A stretch of 34,617 bases of DNA from Rhizaria sp. SCN 62-66 (lineage: Eukaryota), in the NCBI GenBank assembly GCA_001724265.1, contig MEDY01000327.1:1-34617 (forward strand), given 5' to 3'. The translations under genes and the position numbers were made by a program. Shown here piece by piece: positions 1 to 11,230 of the stretch. How positions within the stretch are numbered: the stretch's first letter is position 1; each line of letters opens with the position of its first letter. The notes under the pieces were generated by a model. It had not been told where the DNA came from and did no database searches. It worked only from the letters and a program-made list of their open reading frames with translations.

Positions 1-1861
1 CCGCCGCGGGCGCCGCCATGGCCGCCGCCACGGCCGCGGCCTCTGGCGCTGAGGCTGCGCGCGAGTCGCTGGCCGCTGTGGCGGCGGCGCAGCGCGAGGC
101 CGCGCGCACGGCTGCTGACGCCGCCGTGGTGGCTGCGGACCGCGCCAGCGTCGCCGCGGCCGGCCAGGAGGTTGTGGCCGCGGTGCAGGCGGCGGCGGCG
201 CGCGTCATCGACGTCGTCGCAGAGACCGCGGCCAGCGGCCCCCGCAAGTCCGGCTCCAGCGCCAGCGCGGCCGACGGGGGCGACGGTGCCGACAGCGGTG
301 GCGCGGCCGCTGCCGCCGGCGCCGCCGCGGCCGCCGCCGTTCGCGCCTCTGTGCGCGAGGACCTGGCTGCCGTGTCGCGCGCCGTGGCCGCGGTGGCGGA
401 TCAGACCCAGGCCGTGGTAGCCGAGTGGGGCCGCGCCACGGGCAAGAAGCTCGACCAGCAGGCCGAGCGCGGCGCCGCCGCCGCGGCCGCGGCCGCCGCG
501 CTGGCCGCCACGGTCGCCGAGGAGGGCCCGCAGCTGCGCGAGGCGGCCGCGGCGCTTCGCGGGGCAGTGCGCGACGCCGACGCTGCCGCTGCCGCGCGCG
601 CAGCCGCGCAGCAGGAGGCGCTGGTGGCCGAGGTCTACGAGGTGGCGCGCGCGCTGCGCCGCGTTGACGCCGCCGTGGGCGAAGCCGCCGCACGCGGGGC
701 CGACGCCGCGGGCGCGCTGCGCGACCAGGTTTCCGCGCTTGCGTCCCATGTCACGGCCTCGACCTCTGCGGCGCACGGCGGCGACGGCAGCGGCGGCGGC
801 GGCAGCACGACGACCGCGGCGGCGGCGGCCGCGGAGGAGGCGTCGTTCCGGCGCGACATGCGGCACGTGCTGACGGCGCTGGCCGAGCAGGTGCGCGCCG
901 CCGCGGCCGCGGTCGCGCAGNGGCCTCGGCGCGCGCGCTGCAGGCGCTGCAGAGCGACGTGCGCGCCGTCGGCGAGGCCACGGCGGCGCTGCGCGCGCGC
1001 TCTGAGGCCGAGGCGGCGGCCGGACAGTCGCACGGCGCGACCGCGGCCGCCGTCGCCGCCGTGGCGCGCGAGGTCTCGGCGCTCTCGGGCGCGGTCGCAC
1101 GGGCGCAGGAAGAGCTCCAGGAGGAGGCGCGCGCCGCCGCTGAGGCCCGCCGCGCCGCCGCCGAGGCCGCCGCGGCCACGCGCGCCGGTGAAGCGCGGCT
1201 GCGGACCGAGGCGCGTGACGCCGCCGCTGACACGGCCGCGCAGCTTAAGCGCCTGCTCGCAGTCTGCGGCGAGGCCCGCTCTGCCGCGGTCGCCGCCAAC
1301 AGCGCTGCGCCCGGCGCCGCGGCGGCGTCCGAGGCCGTGGCGGCGCAGCTGAGCGCTATCGTCCGCGCCCTCGGCGACCGTGACCGCGAATCCGACTCTG
1401 GCGCTGGCGCTGGTTTGACTGGCGTGAGCGGCGAGGAGCTGCGCGCCGTGCAGAACGAGCTGGCGGCGGGCTTTGCGGCCGTGCAGACGGCGCTGACGGC
1501 GGCGGACCAGCGGCAGCAGCGCGCGGCGGCCGCGGGCGCGCAGCAGCAGTCGGAGGAGCGCGCCGAGCGGCAGCAGCGCGCGCAGCAGGCCGAGGACCTG
1601 CGCGGCGCGCTGAGCGGCATGGCCGAGATGCTGGCTCAGACCACCGGGCTCGTCGCGCACCTGCGTGTGGTGGCCGAGAGCGAGGCCGCGCAGAACGGGC
1701 ACGCTCGCGCCGCGCTGCTGGGCGAGGTCCGGGCCATCGGGACCTTCCTCGGCAACGGCGGGGTTGGCGGCGCTGCGGCGCAGGCGCAGAGTGACAGCGG
1801 CAGTGTGAGTGGCAATGGTAGACAGGCGGGGGCGAGGGTGAGTGACGGGGAGGACAACTGA
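1..1861 (+). CDS. Ala-rich predicted coiled-coil protein, 5'-partial, function unknown. The frame changes at the ambiguous base N921.
   Basis: The ORF 18..1352 frame is coding-like (GC3-rich Ala/Glu/Gln/Arg helical segments) up to N921. The same composition continues in the ORF 959..1861 frame to TGA 1859-1861, after which the DNA turns AT-rich. The frame is open from the window start. Confidence 0.75.
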
Positions 1862-2377
1862 ATCCGCCAAGCACGTCGAAACAAACAACCAGAGCCTGTT
1901 GGCTGACTGATTGACTCATTCTCTCGATATATTAGCTCCCTGCTCTTACCTAGTCCCATTTCGTCCGAAGAACACAAGCCCAAAACAAGCACCAGAATTT
2001 AGCATGCATGTTGTTTATTTCAGGACTTCTTATCATTAGTTCAAACAACAATTATTAATACAATCACATTGTTTTACATCTTTAGCGACACAAGTGAACC
2101 TTTTCAGGGAAGCCGAATACTTGGGAGTGTTCAACTCGTCCGGCTGTTTCCCTGTCCATGAATCTTGATATCTTGACTAGAACCATGGTAATACTGTATT
2201 CGGTATTGATATTGATGTTTCTGGGCCCTGTACGTACACATGTGCGTCCAATACACAAACAAACGTACACACATGGTAACATCGCAGGCTTACACCGCTC
2301 CGCTCCACCGTCCGCCACTTGCATAGTCATCTCACGTCGGATTTGCTCAGCTGTTGATGTTGCTGCTGTTGTTGTGT

Positions 2378-3424
2378 TCAGCCACGTGCGTTGTTGTCGC
2401 CGCCGCCGAGCATCATCTCGAGCATGCTCTTCTTCTGCTGAACGCCACAGTAGACGCCGGCGGCCTTGTTGACGAGCTCCTTGAACGCGGCGTCGCGCTG
2501 CAGCACCACGGCGTACTTGGTCACGAGCATCTTGTACAATTCCTGCGACCCGCGCTCGCAGGCGACGGGAAAGAACTCAGCGAAATGCGTCAGCGGCGAC
2601 GCCGCGAGCGCCGAGTCGTCGTGGAACTTGGCCTTGTAGACCTTGCTGAGCGCGCGCGCGTGCGCAGCGTCGCCCGCGGCGAGCGCCTGCAGCACGGCGC
2701 GTGTGAGGAAGAGGTCGCGCTCCTCGGCGGGCGCCGTCTGGGCCCACGCGGCGAGGCACAGTGCGTGCTGCGCGGGCGCGCCTGCCTTGAAGTAGGCCTT
2801 GGAGGCCAGCGCGAACGACTGGGTGCGCGCCAGGTGCGCGGCCAGCGCGACGTACAGCGGCGCGAGCGCGCGCGCGGGGAGCAGCGCCTGCTCGGCCTTG
2901 TCCAGCGGCGTCACGGGCGCGCGGCGGGGCTCGGCGAAGGCGGTGTTGGAGTCGAAATGGAAGGGCGTGTATGCCAGGTCGCGCGACGCGCCAAGGGCCC
3001 ACTTGATCGCGGCGCGCATGAAGCGCACGGCCTGGTCCTCGCGCACCACGGTCGCCGCGGCCGCGGACGAGGTCACGGGGCCCGCCGCGGCATCGGTGGC
3101 TGCGACAGAGTCGGCGGGGAAGGCCGCGAAGACGCGCTTGATGGTGTTGACATGGGCCTCGGTCACCTCAGCCTTGGCCTTGGCCAGCAGCTCCAGGTAG
3201 TGGATGCCGACCTGCGCGCCCAGGCTGGCCTCACCCTGCGCCAGGAGACCCAGCGCGCCGTCGACGGAGAGCGCGTAGGCGGCGTCGTAGGCCTTGGAGG
3301 TGGCGTAGCGGTTGGCGATAGTGAAGATGAGACGGATGGCCTCGTAGCACTTGCCGTCCGTCAGCATGCCGCTGATCGTCGTCTGCACCTTGCGCAGCTG
3401 CGCCAGACGCGCGTCGGAGCTCAT
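2378..3424 (-). CDS. GET4: Golgi-to-ER traffic protein 4 (GET4/TRC35) homolog, about 348 aa
   Basis: ATG at 3424 (MSSDARL), TGA at 2380-2378. Motifs match GET4: GKCYEAIRLIFTIANRY, DLFLTRAVLQAL, SPLTHFAEF, YKMLVTKYAVVLQRDAAFKELVNKAAGVYCG, and a C-terminal SMLEMMLGG. A possible upstream intron (GTATGA at 3656 to CACTTAG at 3432) could add a 5' exon. Confidence 0.85.
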   Translation of the reverse strand: MSSDARLAQLRKVQTTISGMLTDGKCYEAIRLIFTIANRYATSKAYDAAYALSVDGALGLLAQGEASLGAQVGIHYLELLAKAKAEVTEAHVNTIKRVFAAFPADSVAATDAAAGPVTSSAAAATVVREDQAVRFMRAAIKWALGASRDLAYTPFHFDSNTAFAEPRRAPVTPLDKAEQALLPARALAPLYVALAAHLARTQSFALASKAYFKAGAPAQHALCLAAWAQTAPAEERDLFLTRAVLQALAAGDAAHARALSKVYKAKFHDDSALAASPLTHFAEFFPVACERGSQELYKMLVTKYAVVLQRDAAFKELVNKAAGVYCGVQQKKSMLEMMLGGGDNNARG

Positions 3425-4259
3425 CGGGGAACTAAGTGCACGCACGGGGATGTGGCGAATGTGTCGTGAGGAAGTAGGCAATGAGATCAGGGAACAGACA
3501 AGGGGCGAAGAGAAGGGTAGTTCGACAGAGAACAAAAGGTCATGTCAGAGCGAGTTCAGGGATACAATCAAAAGCTGGAAGGACAAAACTAAAAATTCAC
3601 ACTACAAATCACACGTGTCATTCTATTCAAATTAAAACAAACACAAAATATCATACACAGGACGCGTGGTTCGTTCACAGAGATAGCCCAATTCGCTGGT
3701 CCGCACAGTCATCAAATATCAACCGACTCTGCTCACGGTCATCAAGCAGCAGGGAGACAGCAAAGAGGCCCGACCTGCAACTTTCAACGCGGATACGGCG
3801 AGGATAACAATGGCATAAAGAAATAAAAACAGAGATCACGTTTGTTAATGAGAATATTGTATTCCCCGGCATCCTAAGCGGCGCACAGGGGTGATTTCGT
3901 GAAACATATACAGCATAATAGCGATACTATCACTACGAAGAGGAGCTAGCTAAAAGTTGAATCAGCAGAGCCCGCCGCGCCCCGGCCTAGCAGGGGCCAC
4001 GGCGGGGCGGGCGGGGAGGGGGCGCGCGAACCAGCGACGACAGGCGACACAGAGCGCGCTGTAGGTCAAACCGAGGCGCGCGCGCAGGGGGTGATGATGT
4101 TACGATGATGCCGTGACAAGAGGCGCCTTTACAGCGCTCTGTCCCTACTCTCTGGCGTGCTACCACCCGCGAACGTTGGTGAGCTCACTCATTGAGTGGA
4201 ATTTTGTCCGGCCGGTACGATGGGCGCTACATGGACAACACAGTTGACGGTAGGAGCAC

Positions 4260-4544
4260 TTAGTTGAAGAGGTAGCGGAGGCGGGCGGGGATGGGCTCGA
4301 TGGCGGAGGTGGCGTTGAGCTCGCAGATGAAGACACCCTCAGGGAGGCCGGCAGCGCGCTCAGCGTTAACACAGGTGCTGGGAACAGCCATTGCAGCGCA
4401 CCAGACACACTTCTGGCCATCAGCGGGGCCCTCCTGGGACTTCTTGCACACATCCTTCGACTTGACGTCGAGGCAGGAGGGGACATCGCCAGCGGAGACG
4501 AGGGCGACGGCGAGGAGGGCGAGAAGAGCGAGAACGCGGGACAT
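4260..4544 (-). CDS. Small secreted cysteine-rich protein (94 aa, signal peptide, 6 Cys)
   Basis: MSRVLALLALLAVALVSA is a classic signal peptide. The mature part contains C-x8-C...KCVWCAAMAVPSTC...AAGLPEGVFIC. Codon bias is strong and the ORF ends in TAA. Confidence 0.8.
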   Translation of the reverse strand: MSRVLALLALLAVALVSAGDVPSCLDVKSKDVCKKSQEGPADGQKCVWCAAMAVPSTCVNAERAAGLPEGVFICELNATSAIEPIPARLRYLFN

Positions 4545-5169
4545 AGAGAACTAGCTGCGGGGAATTAAAGGAGTGGTGAATAAGAAAGTGGTGAAAAGAG
4601 TCGGATAGAGCAGAAGGGGTGAGTGAACCAGGGTAAACAAGGGCGATGGGTATGGATGACGACATCGCCACGGGGAGGGCTTTCGCAGAGTCAGTACGCT
4701 CCACAACTGACGCCCAAACGCAACAATGGAAATTATAATGAAACACAAAACAAGCAGTTATGTCTAAAAACACTAATCACAAACGCGCAGAAGTGCCTGA
4801 ACATCGCAGATCTACCCAGTGGTTTCCGCATCACAAGCCCCGGGCCCTGCCCACGTCGCCCTTCCCATGGTCCGACAGTCTGTGGCCAAAACAGAAGTCT
4901 GGTCAGTGACCACAGTCACTTCGGTCACAAAATGACTGGGACTTTTCATGAGGCTAGAACTCGATCAACTTTCCGATAATAGGAATGATTTCGTTTGTAC
5001 ACCTATTAACATGTTGTTTTATCGCTTATTTTCTTTTGTATTTGCTATAGAAGACTTTCTTAGTTCTCTGCGCTTCCGCAAAGAGACCCGCTTTGTAACT
5101 CGCCAACACCCCTTGTTGTCACTCCCTCTTCACTGCAACCACAGACTCACAACTCTCTCTGAGTCGCGA

Positions 5170-6406
5170 ATGCAGCTGCCTACCTGCTCCTTGGCGCCCG
5201 ATGCGGCGACCGTGGCCGTGCTGCACTGCCTCAAGTACCCGTCCAACCCCGTCTTCGGCCTCCTCCTCGGCCGCGCGTCCGCCACCAGCATCGAGGTACG
5301 ATCGACTCCAAACCAGTTCATCGCGATACAACACACGTCCTGTTGCAGCCGACGTTCTGCATAAAACACCAGAGTTTATAGACTTGCACTGGGGCAAACA
5401 CCACCTTTGGCCCAGTGCAAGCCTATAAACCTTGGTGCTTTATGCAGAACGTCGGCTATGACACGCAAGATTCGGCTATTCAGCTTAAACGCACAATAAC
5501 ACATATTTCTCTGTAGGTTAGTCACTATATTATCTTATAATGTTTCTATATTTCCTCATTTTGATTCTTCCATCTGTTCAGATCGTGGACGCGGCGCCCG
5601 TGTCGCACCTGCCCCTGCTGGCGCCGACGGCCGAGGCGGCGCTGCTGCAGGCCCGCGCCGCCGCCGCCGCGCGCGGGCTCGCTGTCGTCGGCGCCTACAC
5701 GGCCCCCGCGGCCGCCAACGACCCCCCGGCCGTGCTCCCTGCGCGCCTCGTCGCGCAGCTTGTCTCTGTCTCCTCCTCCTCCTCCTCTGTGTCCTCGAGC
5801 GCTGCGGACGCGGCGCTGCCTGCCGCGACGGCGCTGCTGCCTGCGGCGGTGTTGCTGCGCGTGCGCGCGTTCGGGCTGCTGGAGCAGTTCTCCCCCGACC
5901 CGTCCAACGCCGGCGACGACGACAGCGGCAGCGACGACGACACTGACGGCGACAGCAAGCGTGAAGATGGGGACAAAACCGGTGCTCCTGCCAGCGCGCC
6001 TGCAAGCGCTAAGGCCGAGCGCAACGACGGGCTCAAGGGCAAGTCCGTCTTCCGCGTGCTCGTCGCCACCAAGGCCTCCGTCGCCGCCGCCGCTGCCACC
6101 GCCGCCGCCGCCGCCGCGTCCGGCAACAGCAAGGGCCCGGGCCGCGAGCAGGCGACCGTGGGCGGCGGCGGCGGCGGCGGCGTCGCTGTCGCCGGCGCGG
6201 GCGACGTGCCCCCCGGCTTGACTTACTTCGGCGGCATGCTCATGCCGGCCGGGGAGCGCTTCCTGCAGGGCCTGCGCAGCGCTATCATGCAGAACGCGTT
6301 TCCGGGCGACTTCGACTCGTACTTGGATGGCGAGGTTGTGGGCGCTTCGGGGCAGTGGCTTGACAACTCCGCCGTGCTGGCCGCAGCTGGAAAGGCTGGG
6401 CAGTGA
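5170..6406 (+). CDS. EMC8: ER membrane protein complex subunit 8/9 (UPF0172, MPN-like); exons 5170-5295 and 5582-6406, about 316 aa
   Basis: Exon 1 LHCLKYPSNPVFGLLLG matches the EMC8/9 N-terminal H-x-x-KYP-x-x-x-V-x-GLLLG motif. Exon 2 begins IVDAAPVSH and includes VVGAY and a C-terminal DFDSYLD...WLDN. The phase-0 GT-AG intron joins the frames. Ends in TGA. Confidence 0.85.
5296..5581 (+). other. Spliceosomal intron of EMC8/9 (286 nt), containing a long hairpin
   Basis: GTACGA donor, pyrimidine-rich 3' end and TTCAG acceptor. Removal restores the reading frame. Confidence 0.85.
5341..5463. repeat. Long imperfect inverted repeat (58-nt arms, 7-nt loop)
   Basis: 5341-5398 is the reverse complement of 5406-5463 at 50 of 58 positions, with no indels. 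The loop is CACCACC at 5399-5405. Confidence 0.95.
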
Positions 6407-6766
6407 GTAAATGCTTACGAAGTAGCTAGTAAACACTGATCACTTCATCATATTCTGATTTTGGCGCTGTTTATTGAAATTCTCAATGATGTCTGTGTCA
6501 TTTAGTGTGGTCGCAGAGGGGCCATGCTGCACGTAAAGAAGAATATCTACACGCCTGTGGAAAGCGCGCGTTGATGTGCGATTAGATTCTTATGAAAAAT
6601 ACATACTCGATCGTCAACTCGGGTTATCATAGCTATAAATAGACACTGTTTGATGTTATCTATTTGTCCTTATTTAATATCTCTTGTGTGTTCTGTTTTC
6701 ATTGCGATACGTCTGTTTTAGTGTCTCTGCTCGTTCCGCTGCGTTCGTCAAGCGTTTGCTGACCTC

Positions 6767-7243
6767 ATGACCGATCGCAACGCCTCGCCCTGGGGCCCGC
6801 ACGCACCGCAGCCGCGCGCAGCATACGCCCGCGCGCACCGTACGTCTTTATTTTATGTTTTATTTCTTGCATGTCTCTTTGTGTCGCTCTATTTCGATCC
6901 CCTCACCCGCTTTCCCATCTTCCGGCTTGCCTTATCTCTCTTAACCATCACGTCCAACAACACCGACCGCCAATTTCCGTTGCTTGTCTCACTTAGAAAG
7001 CAACATGGGCAGCGGATTTGGCCCCGCTGCAGTCTCCTCTGCCGCTAGCGGCGGCGGCGGCGGCGGCGCGTATGTCAACAACCCTTGGGGAGGCGCCGGC
7101 CCCTCAGTTGGCCCCTCTGCCGGCCCTAGCTCCGGCGCTGGCGCTGGCGCTGGCGCCTCTGGCTTTGACTACAGCAGTCACGGCCACACAGATCCGTATC
7201 AACAGCAGCAGCAACCCTATCATCAGCAGCAACAGCCGCCGCG

Positions 7244-7283
<40 letters not shown>

Positions 7284-8645
7284 TATCCGCAGCAGCAGTC
7301 GGGACCTGGCCAGCTGAAGCGGCCTTACACCGAGATGAATACTTACAGCGGCGACCAGGGCGGCCCTTACACTGGAAGCGACTGCACTTACAGCAGCGGC
7401 GGTGGTGCTGCGTTCTGTAGCAACGGCGGCGCGTCTAACCAACGCGTCAACATGAACGAAAACAGCACAAACAGCGGCAATGCCAGCGCGAGAGCAATTG
7501 CGGCTGCTTACGACCAGGGCTCCAGTCACTGCCACGGCCACTCTGCCTCACACGGCCACGGCGGCCCCTCCAACAAGAAGCCAGCCCCTGCCCATCGACC
7601 ATCCAACAGCCACAGTGCGGGTGCGAGCGCGAGTGCGGGTGCGGGGGCCGGGGCGGCTGCGGGGGCCGGGGCGGGGGCCGGGGCGGGGGCCGGGGCGGGG
7701 GCGAGGGCGGGTCGCGCCAGTGGGCTGGCTCCGAGTGCGCTGGCTCCGTCGGCCGCTCTTTTGGCGTTCATCAGCAATGTCCGCAACCTCTACAGCAGCT
7801 CGGACACCAACTCTGTCCATGGTCACTCCGCTCACGGTCACTCTGCAGTGGCCTCGGCGACGCTGCACGCGGCCCTCACGGCCTCCACCAGTCTGCAACA
7901 TCAGCAATGCCTGCTGCAGCTGCAACAACAGCAAAAGCCCAGCTCTGAGTCGGACATGGCTGCTGCTGCAGCGGCAGCGGCTGCTGCTGCCGTCGTCGCT
8001 GAGGCCAAAGCCAAAGCCGAGGCTGAGGCTGCCGCCGCCGTGGCCGAGGCTGAGGCTGCCGCAGCAACGGCCGAGGCGGCCCGCTGGCAAGCCCGTTGCC
8101 AGTCGCTCGAGGCCACCGTCGCCGCGCTCAAAAGTCAGGCCGCGTCGCCCGCAAGTCAGGCCGTGTCCCCGGCGACGAGCCAGGTCGCCCCGGATGATCA
8201 AAGTCAGGCTGCCGCCGCGGATCAAATGCAGGCCGCGCGCCGCGAGTGTTTGTCGCTCCAGCAACAGCTGTCCGAGGCCCAGGCCAGGCGGGAGACTGAC
8301 ATTGCGGCGGCGGCGGCGGCGGCGGCGCAGGCCGCGGAGGCCGCGGAGGCCGAGGCAGCGCGGCAGCGGCAGCAGCACGCGCACGAGGTAAAGCAGCTCC
8401 AGCTCCAGCTGCAGCAACAACAGCAACAACAGGAGCAGCAGCAGAACAATAACACAGGTTTGGACTCGTATGCGCAGGCGCAGCTGCAGGCGCAGGCGCA
8501 GGCTGCGGCGGCCGCGTTGGCCGAGGCCCAGGCGGAGGCGCAGGCGCAGCGGCGGCAACTGCAGGGCCAGCAGGGCGAGCTGGGCCACCTGCAGCAGCTG
8601 CTGCAGCAACAGCAGCAGCTCGTTCAGTCGCTCAGGGCGCAGTTG

Positions 8646-8677
<32 letters not shown>

Positions 8678-9041
8678 GCAGCAGCGCAACAACGGTAGCT
8701 TTGGTTTCGACGACTCCAAGACGGGCGGCCTAACTTCCGGTGGCGGCTTACCTTCTGGCGCGGCCCCTGTCCCGTCGGCGGCGGCGGACCCCACGAGCGG
8801 GTTCATGACCGGCAGCCAGCGCATGCTATACGACGAGAACCTGCGCCGCCGCCGCGCGGGACTGCCCCCCCTCACGTCGCTCGCGCAGATCACCAGCGGC
8901 GGCAACAACAATACCAACAACAACAAGAACATGTATAACAACAACAATAATAATAATAATAACAATGCCAACAACGGCGCCAAGCTTGCCGGCGCGCCAG
9001 GCTTCGTCCGCAACGCCTTCGCCCCACCCCGCCCCCTCTCC

Positions 9042-9075
<34 letters not shown>

Positions 9076-10682
9076 GCAACAGCGGCTCGGTCGGCTCGAA
9101 CGCCAACTCCGCTGCGGGCGCCAGCGGCGGTGCCGCCGGGAGCGGTGGCGCCGGTGCCGCCCCGACCGAGGGCCCCGGCGGGATCCCTCTGGACGAGAAC
9201 GGGCGCATGCCGGGGCGGCTGGCGGCGTGCGACCCGGCGCTGGTGGAGACGATCCTGCACGACATGCTCGACAGCTCGCCGCAGGTCCGCTGGGACGACA
9301 TCGCCGGGCTTGAGTTCGCGAAGAAGTCCGTGGTCGAGGCTGTGGTGTGGCCGCTGCTGCGCCCGGACCTCTTCTCGGGCCTGCGCGGGCCGCCCAAAGG
9401 CATGCTGCTCTTCGGGCCGCCGGGGACTGGCAAGACGCTCATCGGCAAGGCCATCGCGAGCGAGGCCAACGCCAAGTTCTTCTCCATCTCAGCCTCGACG
9501 CTGACGTCCAAGTGGCACGGGCAGGGCGAGAAGCTGGTGCGCGCGCTCTTCGCCGCGGCCGAGTACTTCGCGCCTAGCGTCATCTTCATCGACGAGATCG
9601 ACTCGCTGCTGTCGCAGCGCCAGGACGCCGAGCAGGAGGCGAGCCGGCGCATCAAGACCGAGTTCCTGGTCCAGCTCGACGGCGTCGCGACCAGCACCAA
9701 CAGCGTGACCACCGCCAGCGCGAATGGTAGTGTGGATAGCTCCGGGTATAACAATAACAACAACAATGACGACAACAGCAGCACTTCCCCCTCCGGCTCC
9801 CAGGGCCAGGGCCAGGGCCACGGCCACGGCCAGGGCCAGGGTCAGCCACAGCAGCCGAAGTCGAAGCACGTGCTGGTCGTGGGCGCGACGAACCGGCCGC
9901 ACGAGATCGACGAGGCCGCGCGCCGCCGCCTTGTCAAGAAGCTCTACGTGCCGCTGCCCGACGCTCGCGCGCGGCTGGCGCTGCTGACGCTGCTGCTCCG
10001 CACCGAGCGCCACTCGCTGCCGCCCGCCGCGCTGGACGCCGTGGTCACCGCCACGGACGGCTACTCGGGCGCGGACCTGCGCGCGCTGTGCACCGAGGCC
10101 GCGTTCGGGCCGCTGCGCGAGCTGCGATCCGTCGTTGACGTACGGCCGGAGAGCGTGCGCGGCATCGAGGGCAGGGACTTTGACCAGGTACGTGCGGTGC
10201 TGTGATGCAGCGAAATGATGCAAAATATGTGGGGATATGCATTGGTGCTGCGAATTTCACTGAACTTTTTTGTTTTGTGTTGTTAAAAGTGTTCATTTTG
10301 CGTATTTATGTTGCTTTCATGCTTGCTCATCACTCTATGCTCTTTGTCTCTTTGACTCTTTGTTGTTGTTTCACCCACACACACGCAGGCGCTGACGCTG
10401 GTGCGCGCGTCGGTGGACAAGAAGGACCTGCGGCAGCTGGAGGACTGGAACCGCTCGTTCGGCTCTTTCCTCACCGACGACGAACGCTCTGACCCCAACA
10501 GCGGCACCAAGAGCGGCCAGGCCAACGATGCGGGCGTGACTAGCAGCGGCAGCGGCAGCGGCGCTGGCGCTGGTGGCGGCGGGAGCAGTGCGCCGCTGGG
10601 CGCGGTGGCTGCGGCGGCGGCGCGGGCGCTGGCGGCTGAGGCTGCGGCGGCTGGCAACAGCCGTGGCGGCAGCCAAGACTGA
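6767..10682 (+). CDS. FIGNL1: Fidgetin-like 1 AAA+ ATPase; exons 6767-6839, 6997-10187 and 10389-10682, about 1185 aa
   Basis: Contains [58 protein letters not shown] (Walker A), [19 protein letters not shown] (Walker B), [16 protein letters not shown] and GYSGAD. The last exon gives the Vps4_C-like [22 protein letters not shown]. Introns 6840-6996 and 10188-10388 are GTACGT...AG and preserve frame. Confidence 0.9.
7641..7711 (+). repeat. GCGGGGGCCGGG-type tandem repeat encoding an (Ala-Gly)n tract
   Basis: Repeated G4-G5 runs separated by C or CC within the FIGNL1 N-terminal region. Confidence 0.85.
9042..9074 (+). repeat. (AAC)11 microsatellite encoding poly-Asn
   Basis: Perfect trinucleotide run in frame in FIGNL1. 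Confidence 0.9.
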
Positions 10683-11230
10683 GAAGAGAGTTACGGTAGG
10701 ACGCATTCAGAGGATATGTAGCCCTGGAAAGACGATGAGTTATTTATACTGCGACATTTATATAGAACGTGCTGATTTAAGTCATAATACAGATATTCAC
10801 CTCAATAAGCAACTACTAGAGTGATGTGATATGCGCTATACATGTAATTAGTGTAGAGTTTATGTGATTTGTGGTGGATTGTGGCGCGCCTTTGAGCGAG
10901 CAAAGCGGACGAAGATACTTAGTAATATCACAACATTGGCATCGTAGCTTGAGCTAACAAGATGGTCACCTCGGTCAACTTTTAATGTTTACTATTTTCA
11001 CAATTTGTGTGCTTGTGGGCGCCAAGTTATGTGGTTGAGCTTGTGCTGAGTTAAATTGGCTCAGCCCGTGGTTTGCGCGCCTTCTGCCGTTCACCTATTC
11101 CAACCCACACTGCTAGAAGACGCATCCCAATCAACGGCACACACTAGGTGCACATATTGGCGCCATTTATCTCACGGTTTGTTGCACCATTATTTTATTA
11201 CACTCTGTTTCCACCTCCATAGAGCGACTC

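Noticed and set aside
915-965. Apparent frameshift in the first gene (programmed frameshift or pseudogene)
   Set aside because: The frame change coincides exactly with the ambiguous N at 921, so an assembly gap or join is the simplest explanation.
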